NCBI GenBank assembly: GCA_018971045.1
Contig: JAGWVF010000004.1
Coordinates: 8,535 to 72,534 of the forward strand
Reading direction: 5' to 3'
From: Patescibacteria group bacterium
GTDB taxonomy: Bacteria > Patescibacteriota > Minisyncoccia > Phycocordibacterales > Phycocordibacteraceae
DNA length: 64,000 bases
A program made the position numbers and the translations under genes. The notes under the pieces are model-generated. The model did not search any database and was not told where the DNA came from. It saw only the letters and a list, made by a program, of their open reading frames with translations. Positions 36,800-45,302 of the stretch are shown here, piece after piece (the first letter of the stretch is position 1; every line of letters starts with the position of its first letter).

Positions 36800-37402
36800 A
36801 TGGATCACATTGAGGAACTCGCTCGTGCGCTCGCCCGCTTCCCGGGCATCGGCCCCCGCCAGGGGAAACGCTTCGTGTATTACTTGCTCTCCTCGTCGGC
36901 TCTCGAACGGAGCAGGCTCGCCGAACTTATTCTTGCCCTCGAGAAGTCGGTCCTCCAATGCCCGGAATGCCGGCGCTTTCATAATGGAACGACTGATGCC
37001 CTCTGTAATTACTGCGCCGACGCGAGGCGCGACGACGCGCTTCTCATGCTGGTTGAGAAGGATCAGGATCTCGCGGCTATCGAGCGCGCCGGCACCTACA
37101 ACGGCCGCTACTTCGTTCTCGGGGGCGTGCTTACGCTCACCGGCAAGGGGGCAATCCGCGAGAAAGAGCTGATAAAAATGACGGAGAGGCGCGCCAAGGC
37201 CGGCCTCACGGAAATCGTTCTCGCGCTCTCGGCGACGAGCGAAGGCGAACACACGGCGGATCATATCCGCTCGCTCCTCGCTCCCTATCGCGACCATCTT
37301 AAAATCTCGATCCTCGGCCGCGGCCTCGCGACCGGAAGCGAGCTCGAATACTCCGACGCCGAGACGCTTCGCGCCGCCCTTACGAATCGTAAAGAAACGT
37401 GA
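36800..37402 (+). CDS. recR: Recombination mediator RecR
   Basis: PGIG, C4 zinc finger, YFVLGG, EGE.T, ELEY.D..TL. Confidence 0.95.
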   Translation: MDHIEELARALARFPGIGPRQGKRFVYYLLSSSALERSRLAELILALEKSVLQCPECRRFHNGTTDALCNYCADARRDDALLMLVEKDQDLAAIERAGTYNGRYFVLGGVLTLTGKGAIREKELIKMTERRAKAGLTEIVLALSATSEGEHTADHIRSLLAPYRDHLKISILGRGLATGSELEYSDAETLRAALTNRKET

Positions 37403-37414
37403 ACCCGCGGCCTC

Positions 37415-38719
37415 TTAGCGCTCTTGGACGAAGGTGAGCGCCTTGCCTTTATTCTCGGCGCGGCCGGTGCGGCCGATCCGGTGGACATAGTCCTCATACG
37501 TCGAGGGGAGATCGTAATTAATCACGTGCGAGACGGCCGGAATATCAAGGCCGCGCGCGGCGACATCGGTCGCCACGAGCACCGTCACGCGCCCGTGTTT
37601 AAAGGCTTCAAGGGCGCGGATGCGCGCGCCATAGGTCTTGTTCCCATGAATACTCTCCGCGAACAAACGCCGACGCGAAAGCGCTTTCGCGAGCTTCTCA
37701 ACGCCGTATTTCGTTCTCCCAAAAACGAGCACTCTGCTGAAATCACGATTCTGAAGAAGCTCGACGAGTACCTCGAATTTATCTTTTCCGCGCGGAATAC
37801 GAACGACATCCTGCTCGACATTTTTCGAAGTATCCTGCGTTTTAACTGAAATGATGATCGGCTGAGTGAGGAAGTCGCCGATGAGCCGCTCGATATCCTT
37901 GCTCATCGTCGCCGAGAAAAAGAGCGTGTGGCGCTCTTTGCGCATTTTCCCGAGAATGAGCCGCATATCGTCAATGAAGCCCATATCAAGCATGCGATCG
38001 GCTTCATCCAAAACGACCGTGCCGAAATTCGTGAGATCGAGCGATCGGCGTTCTATCAGATCCTTAAGGCGGCCCGGAGTACCTATGACGAATGCGGGGT
38101 CGAACTTCAGTCCGGCGATCTGCGGGCCGATATTCGCGCCGCCGACGGCGACCATTCCGCGAAAGCCGAGTCCGCGCGCGAAACCGGCAAGCTCCTTCTC
38201 GATCTGGACCGCGAGCTCGCGCGTCGGCGCCATGATAAGAACGCGCTCCCCTTTCTGTTTCATCACCTTGTCGATGAGCGGAATAAGAAAAGCCGCCGTT
38301 TTCCCCGTGCCGGTTTCGGCGAGTCCCACGACATCCTGCCCGAGAAGCGCGTGCGGGATGGCTTTATCTTGAATCGGAGTCGGCGATACATAGCGGCGCG
38401 CCTCAATATTCTTCTTTAAATGCGCATTGATATCGAAATCCGAAAAAGCGTGTTCAGGAACGAACGCCGGCTCCGAGGTCGTAACCGTCGTCTTATGCAT
38501 GAATTTGGCGATCTCCTGTTCGGTTTCTCCGAAGGAGCCGAAACCGCGCCGGCGCGCCGGCGCGCGGCTCGGACGGCTGAATTCGGAACTCCTGCGCGAA
38601 GGAAAGGCCGAACGGCCTCCGCGCGCCCCTGCGGCGCGCGGAGCATACGAACGATGATCGCCTCTTCGATTCGACGGCGAGTTTTCGGATGATTGATGAT
38701 TCCAGCGCCCTACTTGCAT
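37415..38719 (-). CDS. DEAD-box RNA helicase
   Basis: TPIQ, TGTGKT, PTRELA, DEAD, SAT, ARGLD, HRIGRTGR; Arg-rich N-terminus. Confidence 0.95.
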   Translation of the reverse strand: MQVGRWNHQSSENSPSNRRGDHRSYAPRAAGARGGRSAFPSRRSSEFSRPSRAPARRRGFGSFGETEQEIAKFMHKTTVTTSEPAFVPEHAFSDFDINAHLKKNIEARRYVSPTPIQDKAIPHALLGQDVVGLAETGTGKTAAFLIPLIDKVMKQKGERVLIMAPTRELAVQIEKELAGFARGLGFRGMVAVGGANIGPQIAGLKFDPAFVIGTPGRLKDLIERRSLDLTNFGTVVLDEADRMLDMGFIDDMRLILGKMRKERHTLFFSATMSKDIERLIGDFLTQPIIISVKTQDTSKNVEQDVVRIPRGKDKFEVLVELLQNRDFSRVLVFGRTKYGVEKLAKALSRRRLFAESIHGNKTYGARIRALEAFKHGRVTVLVATDVAARGLDIPAVSHVINYDLPSTYEDYVHRIGRTGRAENKGKALTFVQER

Positions 38720-38748
38720 AAGTATGTGTATTTAGAAAAATAATGGAA

Positions 38749-38775
38749 ACCGCAGACACATGGTGTCCGCCCCGG
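38749..38775 (-). terminator. Hairpin between rplU and the helicase gene
   Basis: Minus strand GCGGACAC-CAT-GTGTCTGC followed by a T-rich tract. Confidence 0.4.
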
Positions 38776-38795
38776 TCAATCACCGTACGAGGCGA

Positions 38796-39113
38796 CTAAG
38801 ATATCGAGTCGATCTTGACTTCAAGAATCGGTTGGCGGTGCCCTTTGCGCTTGTAGTAGCGACTCTTCGGTTTATACTTCACCACCTCGACTTTCTTATC
38901 CAATCCGGCGAGAACAACGGTGCCCTTGACCTCAGCGCCTTTGATGGTCGGCGCTCCGATGGTCGTGTCCGAGCCGTTGTCTACGAGGAGCACCTCGTCA
39001 AAAACAACCGTGTCACCTTTCTTCAAATCCCCCGGGAGCTTCTCAATAATGATGGTGTCGCCCTTTGAGACGACATACTGCTTCCCGCCGGTCTTGATTA
39101 CGGCCACTTCCAT
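38796..39113 (-). CDS. rplU: 50S ribosomal protein L21
   Basis: AVIKTGGKQY.V, K.GHRQP. Confidence 0.96.
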   Translation of the reverse strand: MEVAVIKTGGKQYVVSKGDTIIIEKLPGDLKKGDTVVFDEVLLVDNGSDTTIGAPTIKGAEVKGTVVLAGLDKKVEVVKYKPKSRYYKRKGHRQPILEVKIDSIS

Positions 39114-39144
39114 AGTTCGCCTAATCTAGCACGTCTGCGGCTAA

Positions 39145-39178
39145 AAGACAAGGCGGATCGATCGATCCGCCTTGTTTA
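39145..39178 (-). terminator. Terminator formed by a perfect 28-bp palindrome
   Basis: ACAAGGCGGATCGATCGATCCGCCTTGT (39148-39175) with A/T flanks. Confidence 0.7.
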
Positions 39179-39182
39179 TGCG

Positions 39183-39506
39183 TTACTTCCGCCTTGCGCG
39201 AGCGAGGCTCTTTTTAGCCAGCGCTTTTCTCAGAATTCGCGATGGTCTCCTCCTTTTTCTTAGAAACGGCCACGCCTTGACCGCTCCGTAGGCAGACTCC
39301 CGATAGAAGATTTGGAACTTAAGAAAGCCGGACGCCTCGTTTTTAAGCAGTTTCGCGATAAACGAGTAATCGCATTGCCAGAGATCGCGCTTATTGCCGT
39401 CCCGGCAAAGAACGCCCGTATGAGCATTCTCTGCCGGCAATCCTGCGGCGATCACCTCATTGGTGTGTCCGGTCGCTTCGACATACCACACTTTCGCACT
39501 AACCAT
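39183..39506 (-). CDS. Hypothetical protein with basic C-terminal tail
   Basis: 107-aa ORF with GGAGG SD and downstream terminator. Confidence 0.7.
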   Translation of the reverse strand: MVSAKVWYVEATGHTNEVIAAGLPAENAHTGVLCRDGNKRDLWQCDYSFIAKLLKNEASGFLKFQIFYRESAYGAVKAWPFLRKRRRPSRILRKALAKKSLARARRK

Positions 39507-39591
39507 GATATTCCTCCAAATGAGCGCGGCCTATCCGAGAGCATACGTTCCGCGCTGTTTTCGTCAAGAGCAACCATGCCCATTCGATTTC

Positions 39592-40653
39592 TTACTCCTC
39601 TGACGCGAGCGGCTTGTCGAGAAGCGTCGGATCAAGCTCGAGCCTCTCGCCGGCGATCCGGTAGACATCTTTATCAATTTTCCCAAGCTCTTTATACCCG
39701 GCGTTGTAGTGGCTCACCGTCGTTCCAAGCGAGACGCCGAGCTTGCGATAAAACTCCTCGTAAGAGCCGATATGCTTTCCGAGCTCTCCGACGCGCTTTT
39801 GGATTTCGGCGGCCTTTTCCTCGATCTGGAGCGCTTTAAGCCCCTGCATCACCGTCTGGAGATACGCAAGGAGTGAAGTCGGCGAAACAATGATGACCTT
39901 ATACTTGCTCGCGGCGCGCTGAATGAGATTCTCTTCTTCTCCGCTGCCGCCGATCTGGTTCGTCAGCAAATCGTAGTAGATCCCCTCGGAGGGGATGAAC
40001 ATGAACGCGAAATCCATCGTGTCTTCTTCTGGCCGGATATACTTGGCCGTCTCCTGGATGCGGAGCTTGAGATCATTCACGAACGCCTTTTCGGCAACTG
40101 CGCGCTCAGGCGTGCCTGCCGGCGTACCGACGAAGCGATTATAGTTGTCGAGTGAGAATTTAGAATCCACCGGCACCAGTCTTTTATTAATCTTGATGAC
40201 TGCGTCAACGATTTCTCCGTTCTGAAAGGGATGCTGTATCGCATAGTCCTCGGGCGACATGACGTTCCGCAATACCGTCTCGAGATAATATTCGCCGAGA
40301 ATGCCGCGCTGTTTGGGGTTCTTCAGGAGATCTTGAAGCGACTGCAGCTGTTCGGCATAAGTCTGCGTTTGACGGCCGATTTCCTTTACCGAGGTGAGCT
40401 CGGCGGTTATTTCCTTAATGAGCTTGTTCGATTCAGAGACTTGTCGATGAGCGCTCTCCTGCATCACTTTCGACGATTCCGAGACGCGCGCGTCAAGCGT
40501 GCGTTCTAAGTTCTGGAGTTGTTGTTGAAGAAGCACCATCGCGGCGTTGCCCTCAGCGGCGGGCGCCTCGCGCCGGCGGAGAATAAGAAAGAGTCCGATG
40601 CCCTGCACAAACAGGAGGCCGAGCACGATGAGCGCTATCGTAAAGAGGTTCAT
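39592..40653 (-). CDS. rmuC: DNA recombination protein RmuC
   Basis: N-terminal TM, coiled coil, K.RG.LGE..LE, VDSKF, DFAFMFIPSEG, VSPT. Confidence 0.92.
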   Translation of the reverse strand: MNLFTIALIVLGLLFVQGIGLFLILRRREAPAAEGNAAMVLLQQQLQNLERTLDARVSESSKVMQESAHRQVSESNKLIKEITAELTSVKEIGRQTQTYAEQLQSLQDLLKNPKQRGILGEYYLETVLRNVMSPEDYAIQHPFQNGEIVDAVIKINKRLVPVDSKFSLDNYNRFVGTPAGTPERAVAEKAFVNDLKLRIQETAKYIRPEEDTMDFAFMFIPSEGIYYDLLTNQIGGSGEEENLIQRAASKYKVIIVSPTSLLAYLQTVMQGLKALQIEEKAAEIQKRVGELGKHIGSYEEFYRKLGVSLGTTVSHYNAGYKELGKIDKDVYRIAGERLELDPTLLDKPLASEE

Positions 40654-40659
40654 CGGTAT

Positions 40660-40667
40660 AGTATACT
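40660..40667. promoter_or_regulatory. Bidirectional -10 element AGTATACT for rmuC and yqeY
   Basis: Palindrome gives TATACT on both strands, 6 and 7 nt from the divergent ATGs. Confidence 0.6.
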
Positions 40668-40674
40668 CTCTACT

Positions 40675-41130
40675 ATGGCTATTCACGAGACATTGAAACA
40701 ATCGATCCCCGAAGCGCTACGCGCTCGCGACGAGGTGCGGCTCAGAACGCTCCGCTCGCTCGTTACCGCGATGACCAATGAGGTCGTCGCAAAGAAACGG
40801 AAGCCCGACGAATTCCTCTCCGACGATGAAGCGCTCGCGGTCTTGAAGCGTGCGGCGAGCCAGCGCAAGGATTCCATTGATCAGTTCGAGACTGCGGGAC
40901 GCGCCGATCTGGCCGCTCCCGAGAAGCAGGAGCTCGTGATCATCGAGACGTACCTCCCTGTTCTCATGAACCGCGAGGAAATCGAGTCGATAGCGAAGGC
41001 CAGGATGGCTGAAATGGGCGTCGCGTCGAAGGCCGAAGCGGGCAAGTTTACCGGCACTCTGATGAAAGAACTTAAAGGGAGGGCGGACGGCGCCGACGTC
41101 AAGGCAGTCGTGGATAGCTTGCTTTCTTAA
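40675..41130 (+). CDS. GatB/YqeY domain protein
   Basis: QRKDSI.QF..AGR.DLA..E..E...YLP, LKGRADG. Confidence 0.9.
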   Translation: MAIHETLKQSIPEALRARDEVRLRTLRSLVTAMTNEVVAKKRKPDEFLSDDEALAVLKRAASQRKDSIDQFETAGRADLAAPEKQELVIIETYLPVLMNREEIESIAKARMAEMGVASKAEAGKFTGTLMKELKGRADGADVKAVVDSLLS

Positions 41131-41181
41131 ACGAGATGGGTTATAATATATTTGTTCTTTCTATTATTGAAGGGGGTAAGA

Positions 41182-41409
41182 ATGCGTGCACGAGTAGTGC
41201 CCTCCGAAGTGCAAGAGGCGCGGAAAAAAGGGGATAAAAAGAAACTCGCCGCGCTTGGCCGCGCGGGCGGGCGGGCGAGCGCCGAGGCGCGCGCGATCTC
41301 CAAGATTCTCGACGCAGAGCGCCGAGAGCGCCTCCTCGAAGAGGTCCGGAAAGTCGGGGAGGGGATATACTCCGTCTCGCCGGACGGAGACGTACTCCCA
41401 CCGTCTTAA
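41182..41409 (+). CDS. Small hypothetical protein with KGG-like motif
   Basis: LAALGRAGGRAS; SD AAGGGGG and upstream TATAAT. Confidence 0.6.
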   Translation: MRARVVPSEVQEARKKGDKKKLAALGRAGGRASAEARAISKILDAERRERLLEEVRKVGEGIYSVSPDGDVLPPS

Positions 41410-41503
41410 CGTAAAGAGACGGGCATCGCGCGGCAGCTTCGGCTCCCGCGCGTCTTGTTTAAACGCTTCCCCACTTCTCTCTTTGATGTTATAAATCAGC
41501 CAC

Positions 41504-41575
41504 GGCCTCATCGTCTAACGGTTAGGACAGATCCCTCTCACGGATCAAATCGGGGTTCGATTCCCCGTGAGGTCA
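41504..41575 (+). tRNA. tRNA-Glu(CTC), CCA not encoded
   Basis: Acceptor GGCCTCA/TGAGGTC, anticodon arm GATCC-CTCTCAC-GGATC, GGTTCGATT T-arm; followed by CAA. Confidence 0.94.
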
Positions 41576-41633
41576 CAAAGCAAAGCTTCGCTATCAGGAA
41601 GCCCGAAATGGGCGTGTGCCTTCGGCGCGAGTG

Positions 41634-42413
41634 CTATTTATGAAAGCGCTTAAAGTAGACATCGATTTCATCTCGAAGCTCAATGCCGACTCTTTCAAAG
41701 CAGTCGAGCAAATTTTTGTAGGTATTTTTACCGCCAAGAAAATCCCAAAATTCGTCTGCCACCTTAAGTTCATTTTCTAAATCAAGCATTCCGCGCATTG
41801 TCCATCGTGTGTACGGCTCCGGCTCGTACGGATTATACGGAATAGCAATAAAAGTATTTACATTGGCTTTTGGATTATTTACCAAAATTACAGCAACCCA
41901 TTCAAGTAAGGTTCTTTTAAACTCTTTAAACCCGCCTGCATTTGGTTTTGCGGTTTTGATATCGAACAAAAAATATTCACCATCTTTTGACTCAACCATT
42001 AAATCAACTTTCGTCGGCTTTACTTTGATCATTCTACCTGTCTGGCAGACTTTTCGAATTCTTTCAATCTCATCTTTCTTATTCGGAATGATCGTTGCCG
42101 TAGTAAGACCATCAATAATTTTTTGTATCTCGGCCTGTGCGCCAGTGCTTATTTGATTCCCAGCTGTAGCTTGCGAAATCGCCATCTTAAAGCTCTTTTG
42201 CGCTAGAGCAAGGCCAACCGGCTCAAAAATACTCGTACCAAAATTTGTATTGAGAGAATGAATAAATGAATATAGAGCGAGCCTGTCTTTGCCAAGCAAC
42301 CGTGTATGGAAAGGCATTGACGCTGGCTCTGGTTTATAATTTTGAAATTTGTTTCGCAAACTTGCTTTCAAAACCTCTTCAATACTATTTACTTGTTCTT
42401 TAGATAAAGCCAT
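41634..42413 (-). CDS. Type II restriction endonuclease, TdeIII-like
   Basis: MPFH..LLG, HS.NT.FG.SIFE, VDL...DIKT.KPN PD-(D/E)xK core; paired with an MTase; AT-rich. Confidence 0.8.
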   Translation of the reverse strand: MALSKEQVNSIEEVLKASLRNKFQNYKPEPASMPFHTRLLGKDRLALYSFIHSLNTNFGTSIFEPVGLALAQKSFKMAISQATAGNQISTGAQAEIQKIIDGLTTATIIPNKKDEIERIRKVCQTGRMIKVKPTKVDLMVESKDGEYFLFDIKTAKPNAGGFKEFKRTLLEWVAVILVNNPKANVNTFIAIPYNPYEPEPYTRWTMRGMLDLENELKVADEFWDFLGGKNTYKNLLDCFERVGIELRDEIDVYFKRFHK

Positions 42414-42416
42414 AAA

Positions 42417-43991
42417 TTATTTTGATTTAAAATGAAAGATTATTTCTGAATAAGGATTTCGATCACGCTCTGTTCGGTTTAACACAGGACGCTTGAATTG
42501 ATTGACGATTTTCATTCCCGATTTTTCTGCAATTTCAGGGTAAAGATTATATTTATCGTTTGCTACAAGGAAAATATCAAAGTCGGTTTTGAGATACTGT
42601 TTGCAATTATTCAAAACATCGGCTATTCCTTGAGCGTACGACCGCCGAGCTTCTTGCCCTTGCCCCTTGTACAGGGGACCTATTTCTAAGTCATCCTTTC
42701 GTTTAAATCCGAATAGATCGTACGCATAAGCGTGTTGTTCATGATAATCAATCTGTCCGACATAAGGAGGGGAGCAAAAAATACCTGCTATTTTCTGCTT
42801 TTTAAGAACCTTCGCGAATTCAGGGTTTTGTTTTTCTACCTTCTCAAAGATATCCACTGTTCTTGAATCTCCCGTTATAACAGAGTAGTGAGCTGGTTTA
42901 CGCAATGTATTAAACTCTTTAATACGACCTCGCGTATCAAGCGCATAGCGATTAAGCATTGTTTTTATGGAGAAAAGTGGTTTACAGATTTTCTTATGCT
43001 TAAAACAGTAATATGTTGTAAGTTGTGGTTCTTTGAGCGTCGCTAAATCACTATGGGTTGTCGCTCGACACGATCTAATTGTTCGGCTTAAAATAAGCGC
43101 TAGAATTTTGCGTGTTTTAACATCTTTTTCTTGTTTGATAGCTTGAAACACGTGATCTATCTCACGGCGAACATTATCCATAAACCAAATATCGAGAAAA
43201 GAATCTGATTTACTCTGCTTGAGCTTGATGGAATACTTTTTGAGCAATTTTTGATAGGTTGGCAGAAATTCTCGTTCTTTTTCGGTAGAAAATTTCTTTT
43301 CATCAAAATTTCCTTGATTGATTTTATATTTAAAATCGTGACCCGGGAAATACCTACTGTTAAACTTCGCTAATTCCGCTAAAAGCTCGGTCTCAAATTC
43401 TCGAATTTGATTATCATGTTCAAACGTATCTAACGTGAAAAGCATTTTTTTAATCGCTTTTTGCAAATATTCGTCGTCATAACGTGTTGCCTTACAGCTC
43501 GCAATCATACAATTAAACTCTGACACATCTATACCCACTGAATGAATACCCATTTCTAACGACTGAATAAGCGTCGTGCCTGAACCCATGAAAGGATCGA
43601 GAATAACATCTCCCATTTTGAAATAAACTTCTTTTTTAAAATCGTCCGTATGCGTGTCTATAAAATACTCGACAAGTTGAGGAATGTATTTGCCTTTGTA
43701 GGGGTGGAGACGGTGAACATGCTTTGTGGTATCTTTTTCTCGTAAATTATCGAAAGAAAGTATCCAGTTAAGATCATCGCCAAGGTTTTTCTTCCAGCTT
43801 ATCTCGCGCTCCCCATTATAGGATTGGTAGTATTTTTTTAGATCACCTAAATCAACCATTGTTGAACCATTTTCACCGTATTTCTTCACTTTGCCATATT
43901 GCACAAGATATGAAATGTTCGTTGGCGACACCTCTTTTTCGAGATAATCGGTAGCCCATTTTGATGCTTCCGGTATAGATACTAGAGACAT
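42417..43991 (-). CDS. N4-cytosine DNA methyltransferase (alpha class) with N-terminal HTH-like extension
   Basis: HPYKGKY, DPFMGSGTT (motif I) preceding SPPY (motif IV). Confidence 0.88.
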   Translation of the reverse strand: MSLVSIPEASKWATDYLEKEVSPTNISYLVQYGKVKKYGENGSTMVDLGDLKKYYQSYNGEREISWKKNLGDDLNWILSFDNLREKDTTKHVHRLHPYKGKYIPQLVEYFIDTHTDDFKKEVYFKMGDVILDPFMGSGTTLIQSLEMGIHSVGIDVSEFNCMIASCKATRYDDEYLQKAIKKMLFTLDTFEHDNQIREFETELLAELAKFNSRYFPGHDFKYKINQGNFDEKKFSTEKEREFLPTYQKLLKKYSIKLKQSKSDSFLDIWFMDNVRREIDHVFQAIKQEKDVKTRKILALILSRTIRSCRATTHSDLATLKEPQLTTYYCFKHKKICKPLFSIKTMLNRYALDTRGRIKEFNTLRKPAHYSVITGDSRTVDIFEKVEKQNPEFAKVLKKQKIAGIFCSPPYVGQIDYHEQHAYAYDLFGFKRKDDLEIGPLYKGQGQEARRSYAQGIADVLNNCKQYLKTDFDIFLVANDKYNLYPEIAEKSGMKIVNQFKRPVLNRTERDRNPYSEIIFHFKSK

Positions 43992-44009
43992 AAAGCTATG
44001 TTAGCATTT

Positions 44010-45302
44010 CTACTCCCTTTTCTTCCACGCTTTTTCTTGGCGGACGAGGAGCGTGCGGTCGGCGGGATTGGCGAGCAAAGCTTCCACGACGCGCTCGATT
44101 CGGATTGACTGCGATCCCTTAACGAGCAGAACGTCGCCTTCTCGAATAAGTTTGGGGAGCGCCTCGGCGGCCGTGCGCGCATTATCGTACTGTACGACCT
44201 CGGCGTGAGCGGGCGCAACGGTAAACGCTCGAGCGCGGATGCCCACCGCCGCCACGAGATCGGCCGACTGATCCGCGATGGCGGCGATGCGTTGATGCTC
44301 CTTCACGGAGTAGCGGCCGAGTTCGAGCATGTCACCGAGAACGGCGATGCGGCGCTTCGCGCGAGGAAACGTTTTAAGCGTGGCGAGCGCCTGTTCCACG
44401 GCGGCCGGCGACGCGTTATACGAATCGTCAATGATCACGGTGCCGTTTCGGCCGTGGAGCAGGCGCCCGCGGCCCGGCGGCGGCTCATAGGCCTCAAGAG
44501 CGGCGAGAGACTCCGAAAGCGGAATATTGAAGGCGATTCCAGCCGCAATCGCCGCCGCCGCCGGCAGAAGCTGGGTATGGCCGACGGAGCCCTTCACGAC
44601 CACCTCTCCTTTCTGTTCAGGAATCCCCGAGTCAGACGCGATTTCAATCACCGCCCGCATGCCGATGATGCGCTGTTCCGATTCGTAGAAATCCTCGCCG
44701 ACAAGACGCACAGCGGCGCCTTCGGCGGTACCGTAGGAGAAAATGCGCGCCGGCGTACGGATCGCGCTGTGAAGCGTATAGCTGTCATCCGCAGGAATGA
44801 TGAGCGGCGCGGATGCTTGGAGCGCGTACGCAGGGGAAAATTCTTCTTCTCGAACGGCCTCGGGCGAAGCGTACGCCTCCACGTGGACGGGGATTTCCGG
44901 CAAACAAGTTACCACGACCGCGTCAGGCGCCACCATCTTCAAGATATGGGCGAGATCGCCCGGTTTCCCCGATCCCACTTCAAGCACCAGCATGTTCGGA
45001 TAATGATTCGGCAAGAAGAGGAGCGCCAGCGCGCGTTTCAAGACCGCAAACCACGCGAATGGATTGCGCCACGGATTATCAACGCCAAGAACGGTGAAAG
45101 GGACGCCGAACTCGCTGTTAAAACTTTTATCGCTTTTCCGTACGAGGAAGCGGGTCATAAGCACCGCCGCTACCGCGTCTTTGGTTGACGTCTTCCCTAC
45201 CGAACCGGTTACCATGACGACTTTCGGCTTGTAGCGCCGAATCACGGCTCTCGCGAGGATCGCGAGGAGAAATCCGACCATTCGTTTCGATATTTTTTTC
45301 AT
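44010..45302 (-). CDS. murF: UDP-MurNAc-tripeptide--D-Ala-D-Ala ligase (short form)
   Basis: VTGSVGKTSTK, SFNSE.G.P, IDDSYNASP, LGDMLELG, KGS. Confidence 0.9.
   Translation of the reverse strand: MKKISKRMVGFLLAILARAVIRRYKPKVVMVTGSVGKTSTKDAVAAVLMTRFLVRKSDKSFNSEFGVPFTVLGVDNPWRNPFAWFAVLKRALALLFLPNHYPNMLVLEVGSGKPGDLAHILKMVAPDAVVVTCLPEIPVHVEAYASPEAVREEEFSPAYALQASAPLIIPADDSYTLHSAIRTPARIFSYGTAEGAAVRLVGEDFYESEQRIIGMRAVIEIASDSGIPEQKGEVVVKGSVGHTQLLPAAAAIAAGIAFNIPLSESLAALEAYEPPPGRGRLLHGRNGTVIIDDSYNASPAAVEQALATLKTFPRAKRRIAVLGDMLELGRYSVKEHQRIAAIADQSADLVAAVGIRARAFTVAPAHAEVVQYDNARTAAEALPKLIREGDVLLVKGSQSIRIERVVEALLANPADRTLLVRQEKAWKKRE

Larger units (their letters stand above)
41634..43991 (-). mobile_element. 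AT-rich R-M islet beside tRNA-Glu (no integrase)
   Basis: Abrupt drop in GC against the flanks; tRNA adjacency. Confidence 0.55.

Noticed and set aside
37400-37420. Switch from mostly + to mostly - genes as a replication terminus
   Set aside because: No dif-like site seen, GC skew not computed, and orientation flips again at 59779
41576-41633. Small hairpins (GCCC-GAAAT-GGGC, GCC-TTC-GGC) after tRNA-Glu as ncRNA or att site
   Set aside because: Too short to support a call; no duplicated tRNA 3' end found on the far side of the islet
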